Assembly: GCA_040954595.2 (NCBI GenBank)
Contig: CM082588.2
Location: forward strand, 11,111,398 to 11,175,397
DNA length: 64,000 bases
Reading direction: 5' to 3'
Source of the DNA: Balanoglossus misakiensis
Taxonomy: Eukaryota; Animalia; Hemichordata
Shown: positions 26,701 through 41,500 of the stretch, piece by piece
How positions within the stretch are numbered: position 1 is the first letter of the stretch
Layout of the letters: each line of letters opens with the position of its first letter
Translations under genes and position numbers: made by a program
The notes under the pieces: model-generated
Told to the model about the DNA's origin: nothing
Databases searched by the model: none
What the model saw: the letters and a program-made list of their open reading frames with translations, nothing else

Positions 26701-28349
26701 AATGACAAATTTTCGACTTTGCAAAATCTCAAAATTTCGTCGATTTTTGAAAAAATCATGGGTGAAAATCATCAAAAAATGACAAATTTTCGACTGCAAA
26801 ATCTCAAAATTTCGTCGATTTTTGAAAAAAAATCATGGGTGAAAAATCATCAAAAAATGACAAATTTTCGACTTTGCAAAATCTCAAAATTTCGTCAATT
26901 TTTGAAGAAAATCATGGGTGAAAATCATCAAAAAATGACAAATTTTCGACTTTGCAAAATCTCAAAATTTTTTCGATTTTTGAAAAAAGACATGGGTGAA
27001 AATCATCAAAAAATGACAAATTTTCGACTTTGCAAAATCTCAAAATTTCGTCGATTTTTGAAAAAATCATGGGTGAAAATCATCAAAAAATGACAAATTT
27101 TCGACTGCAAAATCTCAAAATTTCGTCGATTTTTGAAAAAAAATCATGGGTGAAAAATCATCAAAAAATGACAAATTTTCGACTTTGCAAAATCTCAAAA
27201 TTTAGTCAATTTTTGAAAAAATCATGGGTGAAAATCATCAAAAAATGACAAATTTTCATGTTTGCAAAATCTCAAAATTTCGTCGGTTTTTGAAAAATAA
27301 TATGGGTGAAAATCATCAAAAAATGACAAATTTTCGACTGCAAAAACTCAAAATTTCATCAATTTTGAAAAAAATCATGGGTGAAAATCATCAAAAAATG
27401 ACAAATTTTCCTCTTTGCAAAATCTATAAATTTCGTCGATTTTTGAAAAATTTTCAACTTTGCAAAATCTCAAAATTTCGTCGATTTTTGAAAAAAATCA
27501 TGGGGGAAAATCATCAAAAAATGACACATTTTCGACTTTGCAAAATCTCAAAATTTCGTCGATTTTTGAAAAAAAATCATGGGTGAAAATCATCAAAAAA
27601 TGACAAATTTTGAAAAAAAACGGGTGAAAATCATCAAAAAATGACACATTTTCGACTTTGCAAAATCTCAAAATTTCGTCGTTTTTTGAAAAAATCATGG
27701 GTGAAAATCATCAAAAAATGACAAATTTTCGACTGCAAAATCTCAAAATTTCGTCGATTTTTGAAAAAAAATCATGGGTGAAAAATCATCAAAAAATGAC
27801 AAATTTTCGACTTTGCAAAATCTCAAAATTTCGTCGATTTTTGAAAAAAATCATGGGGGAAAATCATGAAAAAAATTACAAATTTTCCTCTTTGCAAAAT
27901 CTCAAAATTTCGTCGATTTTTAAAAAAAGACATGGGTGAAAATCATCAAAAAATAACAAATTTTCGACTTTGCAAAATCTCAAAATTTCGTCCATTTTTG
28001 AAAAAAAATCATGGGTAAAAATCATCAAAAAATGACACATTTTCGACTTTGCAAAATCTCAAAATTTCGTCGATTTTGAAAAAAATCATAGGTACGTCGA
28101 TTTTTTTAAAAAAAACATGGGTGAAAATCATCAAAAAATGACAAATTTTCGACTTTGCAAAATCTCAAAATTTCGTCGATTTTTGAAAAAATAATGGGTG
28201 AAAATCATCAAAAAATGACAAATTTTCGACTGCAAAATCTCAAAATTTCGTCGATTTTTAAAAAAAAAATCATGGGTGAAAAATCATCAAAAAATGACAA
28301 ATTTTCGACTTTGCAAAATCTCAAAATTTAGTCAATTTTTGAAAAAATC

Positions 28350-29190
28350 ATGGGTGAAAATCATCAAAAAATGACAAATTTTCCTCTTTGCAAAATCTAT
28401 AAATTTCGTCGATTTTTGAAAAATTTTCAACTTTGCAAAATCTCAAAATTTCGTCGATTTTTGAAAAAAATCATGGGGGAAAATCATCAAAAAATGACAC
28501 ATTTTCGACTTTGCAAAATCTCAAAATTTCGTCCATTTTTGAAAAAAAATCATGGGGGAAAATCATCAAAAAATGACAAATTTTCGACTTTGCAAAATCT
28601 CAAAATTTCGTCGATTTTGAAAAAAACCATTGGGGGAAAATCATCAAAAAATGACAAATTTTCGATTTTGCAAAATCTCAAAATTTCGTCGATTTTTGAA
28701 AAAAATCATGGGTGAAAATCATCAAAAAATGACAAATTTTCCTCTTTGCAAAATCTATAAATTTCGTCGATTTTTGAAAAATTTTCAACTTTGCAAAATC
28801 TCAAAATTTCGTCGATTTTTGAAAAAAATCATGGGGGAAAATCATCAAAAAATGACACATTTTCGACTTTGCAAAATCTCAAAATTTCGTCCATTTTTGA
28901 AAAAAAATCATGGGGGAAAATCATCAAAAAATGACAAATTTTCGACTTTGCAAAATCTCAAAATTTCGTCGATTTTGAAAAAAACCATTGGGGGAAAATC
29001 ATCAAAAAATGACAAATTTTCGATTTTGCAAAATCTCAAAATTTCGTCGATTTTTGAAAAAAATCATGGGTGAAAATCATCAAAAAATGACAAATTTTCC
29101 TCTTTGCAAAATCTATAAATTTCGTCGATTTTTGAAAAATTTTCAACTTTGCAAAATCTCAAAATTTCGTCGATTTTTGAAAAAAATCAT
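28350..29190 (+). repeat. 358-bp local tandem duplication (4 full monomers plus 1 truncated), about 2.3 copies
   Basis: ORFs at 28630 and 28988 are 358 apart. Marker AAAAACCATTGGGGG occurs at about 28622 and 28980. Confidence 0.88.
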
Positions 29191-29679
29191 GGGTGAAAAT
29201 CATCAAAAAATGACAAAATTTTCGACTTTGCAAAATCTCAAAATTTCGTCGATTTTTGAAAAAAAATCATGGTTGAAAATCATCAAAAAATGACAAAATT
29301 TTCGACTTTGCAAAATCACAAAATTTCGTCGATTTTGAAAAAAATCATAGGTTCGTCGATTTTAAAAAAAAAAACATGGGTGAAAATCATCAAAAAATGA
29401 CACATTTTCGACTTTGCAAAATCTCAAAATTTCGTCGATTTTTGAAAAAAATCATGGGTGAAAATCATCAAAAAATGACAAATTTTCGACTTTGCAAAAT
29501 CTCAAAATTTCGTCGATTTTTGAAAAAAATCATGGGTGAAAATCATGAAAAAGTGACAAATTTTGAAAAAAAAACGGGTGAAAATCATCAAAAAATGACA
29601 CATTTTCGACTTTGCAAAATCTCAAAATTTCGTCCATTTCTGAAAAAAAATTATGGGTAAAAATCATCAAAAATGACAA

Positions 29680-32545
29680 ATTTTCATCTTTGCAAAATCT
29701 CAAATTTTCGTCGATTTTTGAAAAAAAATCATGGTTGAAAATCATCAAAAAATGACAAAATTTTCGACTTTGCAAAATCTCAACATTTCGTCGATTTTTG
29801 AAAAAAATCATGGGTGAAAATCATCAAAAAATGACAATTTTTCGACTTTGCAAAATCTCAACATTTCGTCGATTTTTGAAAAAAATCATGGGTGAAAATC
29901 ATCAAAAAATGACAAATTTTCGATTTCGCAAAATCTCAAAATTTCGTCGATTTTTGAAAAAAAATCATGGGTGAAAAATAATCAAAAAATGACAAATTTT
30001 CGACTTTGCAAAATCTCAAAATTTCGTCGATTTTTGAAGAAAGTCATGGGTGAAAATCATCAAAAAATGACAAATTTTCGACTTTGCAAAATCTCAAAAT
30101 TTCGTCGATTTTTGAAAAAAATCATGGGGGAAAATCATCAAAAAATGACAAATTTTCGACTGCAAAAACTCAAAATTTCATCAATTTTGAAAAAAATCAT
30201 GGGTGAAAATCATCAAAAAATGACAAATTTTCCTCTTTGCAAAATCTATAAATTTCGTCGATTTTTGAAAAATTTTCAACTTTGCAAAATCTCAAAATTT
30301 CGTCGATTTTTGAAAAAAATCATGGGGGAAAATCATCAAAAAATGACACATTTTCGACTTTGCAAAATCTCAAAATTTCGTCGATTTTTGAAAAAAATCA
30401 TGGGTGAGAATCATCAAAAAATGACACATTTTCGACTTTGCAAAATCTCAAAATTTCGTCGATTTTTGAAAAAAATCATGGGTGAAAATCATCAAAAAAT
30501 GACAAAATTTTCGACTTTGCAAAATCTCAAAATTTCGTCGATTTTTGAAAAAAAATCATGGTTGAAAATCATCAAAAAATGACAAAATTTTCGACTTTGC
30601 AAAATCACAAAATTTCGTCGATTTTGAAAAAAATCATAGGTTCGTCGATTTTAAAAAAAAAAACATGGGTGAAAATCATCAAAAAATGACACATTTTCGA
30701 CTTTGCAAAATCTCAAAATTTCGTCGATTTTTGAAAAAAATCATGGGTGAAAATCATGAAAAAATGACAAATTTTGAAAAAAAAACGGGTGAAAATCATC
30801 AAAAAATGACACATTTTCGACTTTGCAAAATCTCAAAATTTCGTCCATTTCTGAAAAAAAATTATGGGTAAAAATCATCAAAAATGACAAATTTTCATCT
30901 TTGCAAAATCTCAAATTTTCGTCGATTTTTGAAAAAAAATCATGGTTGAAAATCATCAAAAAATGACAAAATTTTCGACTTTGCAAAATCTCAACATTTC
31001 GTCGATTTTTGAAAAAAATCATGGGTGAAAATCATCAAAAAATGACAAATTTTCGACTTCGCAAAATCTCAAAATTTCGTCGATTTTTGAAAAAAATCAT
31101 GGGTGAAAATAATCAAAAAATGACAAATTTTCGACTTTGCAAAATCTCAAAATTTCGTCAATTTATGAAAAAATCATGGGTGAAAATCATCAAAAATGAC
31201 AAATTTTCATCTTTGCAAAATCTCAAATTTTCGTCGATTTTTGAAAAAAAATCATGGTTGAAAATCATCAAAAAATGACAAAATTTTCGACTTTGCAAAA
31301 TCTCAACATTTCGTCGATTTTTGAAAAAAATCATGGGTGAAAATCATCAAAAAATGACAATTTTTCGACTTTGCAAAATCTCAACATTTCGTCGATTTTT
31401 GAAAAAAATCATGGGTGAAAATCATCAAAAAATGACAAATTTTCGATTTCGCAAAATCTCAAAATTTCGTCGATTTTTGAAAAAAAATCATGGGTGAAAA
31501 ATAATCAAAAAATGACAAATTTTCGACTTTGCAAAATCTCAAAATTTCGTCGATTTTTGAAGAAAATCATGGGTGAAAATCATCAAAAAATGACAAATTT
31601 TCGACTTTGCAAAATCTCAAAATTTCGTCGATTTTTGAAAAAAATCATGGGGGAAAATCATCAAAAAATGACAAATTTTCGACTGCAAAAACTCAAAATT
31701 TCATCAATTTTGAAAAAAATCATGGGTGAAAATCATCAAAAAATGACAAATTTTCCTCTTTGCAAAATCTATAAATTTCGTCGATTTTTGAAAAATTTTC
31801 AACTTTGCAAAATCTCAAAATTTCGTCGATTTTTGAAAAAAATCATGGGGGAAAATCATCAAAAAATGACACATTTTCGACTTTGCAAAATCTCAAAATT
31901 TCGTCGATTTTTGAAAAAAATCATGGGTGAAAATCATCAAAAAATGACACATTTTCGACTTTGCAAAATCTCAAAATTTCGTCGATTTTTGAAAAAAATC
32001 ATGGGTGAAAATCATCAAAAAATGACAAAATTTTCGACTTTGCAAAATCTCAAAATTTCGTCGATTTTTGAAAAAAAATCATGGTTGAAAATCATCAAAA
32101 AATGACAAAATTTTCGACTTTGCAAAATCACAAAATTTCGTCGATTTTGAAAAAAATCATAGGTTCGTCGATTTTAAAAAAAAAAACATGGGTGAAAATC
32201 ATCAAAAAATGACACATTTTCGACTTTGCAAAATCTCAAAATTTCGTCGATTTTTGAAAAAAATCATGGGTGAAAATCATGAAAAAATGACAAATTTTGA
32301 AAAAAAAACGGGTGAAAATCATCAAAAAATGACACATTTTCGACTTTGCAAAATCTCAAAATTTCGTCCATTTCTGAAAAAAAATTATGGGTAAAAATCA
32401 TCAAAAATGACAAATTTTCATCTTTGCAAAATCTCAAATTTTCGTCGATTTTTGAAAAAAAATCATGGTTGAAAATCATCAAAAAATGACAAAATTTTCG
32501 ACTTTGCAAAATCTCAACATTTCGTCGATTTTTGAAAAAAATCAT
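29680..32545 (+). repeat. 1523-bp higher-order duplication
   Basis: ORF pairs 29971/31494, 30665/32188 and 30741/32264 are all 1523 bp apart. Boundaries are approximate. Confidence 0.87.
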
Positions 32546-35500
32546 GGGTGAAAATCATCAAAAAATGACAATTTTTCGACTTTGCAAAATCTCAACATTT
32601 CGTCGATTTTTGAAAAAAATCATGGGTGAAAATCATCAAAAAATGACAAATTTTCGACTTCGCAAAATCTCAAAATTTCGTCGATTTTTGAAAAAAATCA
32701 TGGGTGAAAATAATCAAAAAATGACAAATTTTCGACTTTGCAAAATCTCAAAATTTCGTCGATTTTTGAAGAAAATCATGGGTGAAAATCATCAAAAAAT
32801 GACAAATTTTCGACTTTGCAAAATCTCAAAATTTCGTCGATTTTTGAAAAAAATCATGGGGGAAAATGATCAAAAAATGACAAATTTTCGACTGCAAAAT
32901 CTCAAAATTTCGTCAATTTTGAAAAAAATCATGGTTGAAAATCATCAAAAAATGACAATTTTTTTACTGCAAAATCTCAAAATTTCATCGATTTTTGAAA
33001 AAAATCATGGGTGAAAATCATCAAAAAATGATAAATTTTCGACTTTGCAAAATCTCAAAATTTCGTCGATTTTTGAAGAAAATCAAGGGTGAAAATCATC
33101 AAAAAATGACAAATTTTCGACTTTGCAAAATCTCAAAATTTCGTCAATTTTGAAAAAATCATGGGTGAAAATCATCAAAAAATGACAAATTTTCGACTGC
33201 AAAAACTCAAAATTTCGTCAATTTTGAAAAAAATAATGGGTGAAAATCATCAAAAAATGACAAATTTTCGACTTTGCAAAATCTCAAAATTTCGTCGATT
33301 TTTGAAATAAATCATTGTTAAAAATATTAAAAATTGACAAATTTTCCTCTTTGCAAAATCTCAAAATTTCGTCGATTTTTTGAAAAAAGACGGGTGAAAA
33401 TCATCTAAAAATGACAAATTTTCGACTTTGCAAAATCTCAAAATTTCGTTGATTTTTGAAAAAAATCATGGGGGAAAATCATCAAAAATGACAAATTTAC
33501 GACTACAAAATCTCAAAATTTCGTCGACTTGTGAAAAAAAATCATGGGTGAAAATCATCAAAAAATGACAAATTTTTGACTTTGCAAAATCTGAAAATTT
33601 CATCGATTTTTGAAAAAATCATGGGTGAAAATCATCAAAAAATGACAAATTTTCGATTTTGCAAAATCTCAAAATTTCGTCGATTTTTGAAAAAAAATCA
33701 GGGTTGAAAATCATCAAAAAATGACAAAATTTTCGACTTTGCAAAATCACAAAATTTCGTCGATTTTGAAAAAAATCATAGGTTCGTCGATTTTTTAAAA
33801 AAAACATGGGTGAAAATCATCAAAAAATGACACATTTTCCACTTTGCAAAATCTCAAAATTTCGTCGATTTTTGAAAAAAATCATGGGTGAAAATCATCA
33901 AAAAATGACAAAATTTTCGACTTTGCAAAATCTCAAAATTTCGTCGATTTTTGAAAAAAAATCATGGTTGAAAATCATCAAAAAATGACAAAATTTTCGA
34001 CTTTGCAAAATCACAAAATTTCGTCGATTTTGAAAAAAATCATAGGTTCGTCGATTTTAAAAAAAAAAACATGGGTGAAAATCATCAAAAAATGACACAT
34101 TTTCGACTTTGCAAAATCTCAAAATTTCGTCGATTTTTGAAAAAAATCATGGGTGAAAATCATCAAAAAATGACAAATTTTCGACTTTGCAAAATCTCAA
34201 AATTTCGTCGATTTTTGAAAAAAATCATGGGTGAAAATCATGAAAAAATGACAAATTTTGAAAAAAAAACGGGTGAAAATCATCAAAAAATGACACATTT
34301 TCGACTTTGCAAAATCTCAAAATTTCGTCCATTTCTGAAAAAAAATTATGGGTAAAAATCATCAAAAAATGACAAATTTTCATCTTTGCAAAATCTCAAA
34401 TTTTCGTCGATTTTTGAAAAAAAATCATGGTTGAAAATCATCAAAAAATGACAAAATTTTCGACTTTGCAAAATCTCAACATTTCGTCGATTTTTGAAAA
34501 AAATCATGGGTGAAAATCATCAAAAAATGACAATTTTTCGACTTTGCAAAATCTCAACATTTCGTCGATTTTTGAAAAAAAATCAGGGTTGAAAATCATC
34601 AAAAAATGACAAAATTTTCGACTTTGCAAAATCACAAAATTTCGTCGATTTTGAAAAAAATCATAGGTTCGTCGATTTTTAAAAAAAAAACATGGGTGAA
34701 AATCATCAAAAAATGACACATTTTCGACTTTGCAAAATCTCAAAATTTCGTCGATTTTTGAAAAAAATCATGGGTGAAAATCATCAAAAAATGACAAAAT
34801 TTTCGACTTTGCAAAATCTCAAAATTTCGTCGATTTTTGAAAAAAAATCATGGTTGAAAATCATCAAAAAATGACAAAATTTTCGACTTTGCAAAATCAC
34901 AAAATTTCGTCGATTTTGAAAAAAATCATAGGTTCGTCGATTTTAAAAAAAAAACATGGGTGAAAATCATCAAAAAATGACACATTTTCGACTTTGCAAA
35001 ATCTCAAAATTTCGTCGATTTTTGAAAAAAATCATGGGTGAAAATCATGAAAAAATGACAAATTTTCGACTTTGCAAAATCTGAAAATTTCGTCGATTTT
35101 TGAAAAAAATCATGGGGGAAAATGATCAAAAAATGACAAATTTTCGACTGCAAAATCTCAAAATTTCGTCAATTTTGAAAAAAATCATGGTTGAAAATCA
35201 TCAAAAAATGACAATTTTTTTACTGCAAAATCTCAAAATTTCATCGATTTTTGAAAAAAATCATGGGTGAAAATCATCAAAAAATGATAAATTTTCGACT
35301 TTGCAAAATCTCAAAATTTCGTCGATTTTTGAAGAAAATCAAGGGTGAAAATCATCAAAAAATGACAAATTTTCGACTTTGCAAAATCTCAAAATTTCGT
35401 CAATTTTGAAAAAATCATGGGTGAAAATCATCAAAAAATGACAAATTTTCGACTGCAAAAACTCAAAATTTCGTCAATTTTGAAAAAAATAATGGGTGAA

Positions 35501-38500
35501 AATCATCAAAAAATGACAAATTTTCGACTGCAAAATCTCAAAATTTCGTCGATTTTTGAAATAAATCATTGTTAAAAATTATTAAAAATTGACAAATTTT
35601 CCTCTTTGCAAAATCTCAAAATTTCGTCGATTTTTGAAAAAAGACGGGTGAAAATCATCTAAAAATGACAAATTTTTGACTTTGCAAAATCTCAAAATTT
35701 CGTTGATTTTTGAAAAAAAATCATGGGGGAAAATCATCAAAAATGACAAATTTACGACTACAAAATCTCAAAATTTCGTCGACTTGTGAAAAAAAATCAT
35801 GGGTGAAAATCATCAAAAAATGACAAATTTTTGACTTTGCACAATCTCAAAATTTCGTCAATTTTGAAAAAAATCATGGGTGAAAATCATCAAAAAATGA
35901 CAACTTTTCGACTTTGCAAAATCTGAAAATTTCATCGATTTTTGAAAAAATCATGGGTGAAAATCATGAAAAAATGACAAATTTTCGTCTTTGCAAAATC
36001 TCAAAATTTCGTCGATTTTTGAAAAAAATCATGGGTGAAAATCATCAAAAAATGACAAATTTTCGACTTTGCAAAATCTCAAAATTTCGTCGATTTTTGA
36101 AGAAAATCATGGGTGAAAATCATCAAAAAATGACAAATTTTCGACTTTGCAAAATCTCAAAATTTCGTCGATTTTTGAAAAAAATAATGGGTGAAAATCA
36201 TCAAAAAATGACACATTTTCGACTTTGCAAAATCTCAAAATTTCGTCGATTTTTGAAAAAAAATCATGGGTGAAAATCATCAAAAAATGACAAATTTTCG
36301 TCTTTGCAAAATCTCAAAATTTCGTCCATTTTTGAAAAAAAATCATGGGGGAAAATCATCAAAAAATGACAAATTTTCGACTTTGCAAAATCTCAAAATT
36401 TCGTCGATTTTGAAAAAAACCATTGGGGGAAAATCATCAAAAAATGACAAATTTTCGATTTTGCAAAATCTCAAAATTTCGTCGATTTTTGAAAAAAAAT
36501 AATGGTTGAAAATCATCAAAAAATGACAAATTTTCGACTTTGCAAAATCTCAAAATTTCGTCGATTTTTGAAGAAAATCATGGGTGAAAATCATCAAAAA
36601 ATGACAAATTTTCGACTTTGCAAAATCTCAAAATTTCGTCGATTTTTGAAAAAAATCATGGGGGAAAATCATCAAAAAATTACAAATTTTCGACTGCAAA
36701 ATCTCAAAATTTCGTCGATTTTTGAAAAAAATCATGGGTGAAAATCATGAAAAAATGACAAATTTTCGACTTTGCAAAATCTGAAAATTTCGTCGATTTT
36801 TGAAAAAAATCATGGGGGAAAATGATCAAAAAATGACAAATTTTCGACTGCAAAATCTCAAAATTTCGTCAATTTTGAAAAAAATCATGGGTGAAAATCA
36901 TCAAAAAATGACAATTTTTTTACTGCAAAATCTCAAAATTTCATCGATTTTTGAAAAAAATCATGGGTGAAAATCATCAAAAAATGATAAATTTTCGACT
37001 TTGCAAAATCTGAAAATTTCGTCGATTTTTGAAGAAAATCAAGGGTGAAAATCATCAAAAAATGACAAATTTTCGACTTTGCAAAATCTCAAAATTTCGT
37101 CGATTTTTGAAAAAAATCATGGGGAAAATGATCAAAAAATGACAAATTTTCGACTGCAAAATTTCAAAATTTCGTCAATTTTGAAAAAATCATGGGTGAA
37201 AATCATCAAAAAATGACAAATTTTCGACTGCAAAATCTCAAAATTTCGTCGATTTTTGAAAAAAAAACGGGTGAAAATCATCAAAAAATGACAAATTTTC
37301 GACTGCAAAAACTCAAAATTTCGTCAATTTTGAAAAAAATCATGGGTGAAAATCATCAAAAAATGACAAAATTTCGTCTTTGCAAAATCTATAAATTTCG
37401 TCGATTTTTGAAAAATTTTCAACTTTGCAAAATCTCAAAATTTCGTCGATTTTTGAAAAAAAATCATGGGGGAAAATCATCAAAAAATGACAAATTTTTG
37501 ACTGAAAAATCTCAAATTTTCGTCGATTTTTTAAAAAAATTGTTGAAAATCATCAAAAAATTACAAATTTTTGACTTTGCAAAATCTCAAAATTTCGTCA
37601 ATTTTGAAAAAAATCATGGGTGAAAATCATCAAAAAATGACAAATTTTCGACTTTGCAAAATCTGAAAATTTCGTCGATTTTTGAGAAAAATCATGGGTG
37701 AAAATCATCAAAAAATGACAAATTTTCGACTTTGCAAAATCTCAAATTTTCGTCGATTTTTGAAAAAAATCATGGGGGAAAATGATCAAAAAATGACAAA
37801 TTTTCGACTGCAAAATTTCAAAATTTCGTCAATTTTGAAAAAATCATGGGTGAAAATCATCAAAAAATGACAAATTTTCGACTGCAAAAACTCAAAATTT
37901 CATCAATTTTGAAAAAAATCATGGGTGAAAATCATCAAAAAATGACAAATTTTCCTCTTTGCAAAATCTATAAATTTCGTCGATTTTTGAAAAATTTTCA
38001 ACTTTGCAAAATCTCAAAATTTCGTCGATTTTTGAAAAAAATCATGGGGGAAAATCATCAAAAAATGACAAATTTTCGACTGCAAAATCTCAAAATTTCG
38101 TCGATTTTTGAAATAAATCATTGTTGAAAATTATCAAAAATTGACAAATTTTCCTCTTTGCAAAATCTCAAAATTTCGTCGATTTTTTGAAAAAAGACGG
38201 GTGAAAATCATCTAAAAATGACAAATTTTCGACTTTGCAAAATCTCAAAATTTCGTCGATTTTTGAAGAAAATCAAGGGTGAAAATCATCAAAAAATGAC
38301 AAATTTTCGACTTTGCAAAATCTCAAAATTTCGTCAATTTTGAAAAAATCATGGGTGAAAATCATCAAAAAATGACAAATTTTCGACTGCAAAAACTCAA
38401 AATTTCGTCAATTTTGAAAAAAATAATGGGTGAAAATCATCAAAAAATGACAAATTTTCGACTGCAAAATCTCAAAATTTCGTCGATTTTTGAAATAAAT

Positions 38501-41500
38501 CATTGTTAAAAATTATTAAAAATTGACAAATTTTCCTCTTTGCAAAATCTCAAAATTTCGTCGATTTTTTGAAAAAAGACGGGTGAAAATCATCTAAAAA
38601 TGACAAATTTTCGACTTTGCAAAATCTCAAAATTTCGTTGATTTTTGAAAAAAATCATGGGGGAAAATCATCAAAAATGACAAATTTACGACTACAAAAT
38701 CTCAAAATTTCGTCGACTTGTGAAAAAAAATCATGGGTGAAAATCATCAAAAATGACAAATTTTTGACTTTGCACAATCTCAAAATTTCGTCAATTTTGA
38801 AAAAAATCATGGGTGAAAATCATCAAAAAATGACAACTTTTCGACTTTGCAAAATCTGAAAATTTCATCGATTTTTGAAAAAATCATGGGTGAAAATCAT
38901 GAAAAAATGACAAATTTTCGACTTTGCAAAATCTCAAAATTTCGTCGATTTTTGAAAAAAATCATGGGTGAAAATCATCAAAAAATGACAAATTTTCGAC
39001 TTTGCAAAATCTCAAAATTTCGTCGATTTTTGAAGAAAATCATGGGTGAAAATCATCAAAAAATGACAAATTTTCGACTTTGCAAAATCTCAAAATTTCG
39101 TCGATTTTTGAAAAAAATAATGGGTGAAAATCATCAAAAAATGACACATTTTCGACTTTGCAAAATCTCAAAATTTCGTCGATTTTTGAAAAAAAATCAT
39201 GGGTGAAAATCATCAAAAAATGACAAATTTTCGTCTTTGCAAAATCTCAAAATTTCGTCCATTTTTGAAAAAAAATCATGGGGGAAAATCATCAAAAAAT
39301 GACAAATTTTCGACTTTGCAAAATCTCAAAATTTCGTCGATTTTGAAAAAAACCATTGGGGGGAAAATCATCAAAAAATGACAAATTTTCGATTTTGCAA
39401 AATCTCAAAATTTCGTCGATTTTTGAAAAAAATTAATGGTTGAAAATCATCAAAAAATGACAAATTTTCGACTTTGCAAAATCTCAAAATTTCGTCGATT
39501 TTTGAAGAAAATCATGGGTGAAAATCATCAAAAAATGACAAATTTTCGACTTTGCAAAATCTCAAAATTTCGTCGATTTTTGAAAAAAATCATGGGGGAA
39601 AATCATCAAAAAATTACAATTTTTCGACTGCAAAATCTCAAAATTTCGTCAATTTTGAAAAAATCATGGTTGAAAATCATCAAAAAATGACAATTTTTTT
39701 ACTGCAAAATCTCAAAATTTCATCGATTTTTGAAAAAAATCATGGGTGAAAATCATCAAAAAATGATAAATTTTCGACTTTGCAAAATCTGAAAATTTCG
39801 TCGATTTTTGAAGAAAATCAAGGGTGAAAATCATCAAAAAATGACAAATTTTCGACTTTGCAAAATCTCAAAATTTCGTCGATTTTTGAAAAAAATCTTG
39901 GGGAAAATGATCAAAAAATGACAAATTTTCGACTGCAAAATTTCAAAATTTCGTCAATTTTGAAAAAATCATGGGTGAAAATCATCAAAAAATGACAAAT
40001 TTTCGACTGCAAAATCTCAAAATTTCGTCGATTTTTGAAAAAAAAACGGGTGAAAATCATCAAAAAATGACAAATTTTCGACTGCAAAAACTCAAAATTT
40101 CGTCAATTTTGAAAAAAATCATGGGTGAAAATCATCAAAAAATGACAAATTTTCGTCTTTGCAAAATCTATAAATTTCGTCGATTTTTGAAAAATTTTCA
40201 ACTTTGCAAAATCTCAAAATTTCGTCGATTTTTGAAAAAAATCATGGGGGAAAATCATCAAAAAATGACAAATTTTCGACTGCAAAATCTCAAAATTTCG
40301 TCGATTTTTGAAATAAATCATTGTTGAAAATTATCAAAAATTGACAAATTTTCCTCTTTGCAAAATCTCAAAATTTCGTCGATTTTTTGAAAAAAGACGG
40401 GTGAAAATCATCTAAAAATGACAAATTTTCGACTTTGCAAAATCTCAAAATTTCGTTGATTTTTGAAAAAAATCATGGGGGAAAATCATCAAAAATGACA
40501 AATTTACGACTACAAAATCTCAAAATTTCGTCGATTTGTGAAAAAAAATCATGGGTGAAAATCATCAAAAAATGACAAATTTTTGACTTTGCACAATCTC
40601 AAAATTTCGTCAATTTTGAAAAAAACATGGGTGAAAATCATCAAAAAATGACAAATTTTCGACTTTGCAAAATCTGAAAATTTCATCGATTTTTGAAAAA
40701 ATCATGGGTGAAAATCATGAAAAAATGACAAATTTTCGACTTTGCAAAATCTCAAAATTTCGTCGATTTTTGAAAAAAATCATGGGTGAAAATCATCAAA
40801 AAATGACAAATTTTCGACTTTGCAAAATCTCAAAATTTCGTCGATTTTTGAAGAAAATCATGGGTGAAAATCATCAAAAATGACAAATTTTCGACTTTGC
40901 AAAATCTCAAAATTTCGTCGATTTTTGAAAAAAATCATGGGTGAAAATCATCAAAAAATGACACATTTTCGACTTTGCAAAATCTTAAAATTTCGTCGAT
41001 TTTTGAAAAAAAATCATGGGTGAAAATCATCAAAAAATGACAAATTTTCGTCTTTGCAAAATCTCAAAATTTCGTCCATTTTTGAAAAAAAATCATGGGG
41101 GAAAATCATCAAAAAATGACAAATTTTCGACTTTGCAAAATCTGAAAATTTCGTCGATTTTTGAAGAAAATCAAGGGTGAAAATCATCAAAAAATGACAA
41201 ATTTTCGACTTTGCAAAATCTCAAAATTTCGTCGATTTTTGAAAAAAATCTTGGGGAAAATGATCAAAAAATGACAAATTTTCGACTGCAAAATTTCAAA
41301 ATTTCGTCAATTTTGAAAAAATCATGGGTGAAAATCATCAAAAAATGACAAATTTTCGACTGCAAAATCTCAAAATTTCGTCGATTTTTGAAAAAAAAAC
41401 GGGTGAAAATCATCAAAAAATGACAAATTTTCGACTGCAAAAACTCAAAATTTCGTCAATTTTGAAAAAAATCATGGGTGAAAATCATCAAAAAATGACA

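Noticed and set aside
33367-33395. CENP-B box in variants containing TTCG...CGGG
   Set aside because: The box requires TTCG-N4-A-N2-CGGG. Here the two half-sites are about 19 nt apart rather than 7.
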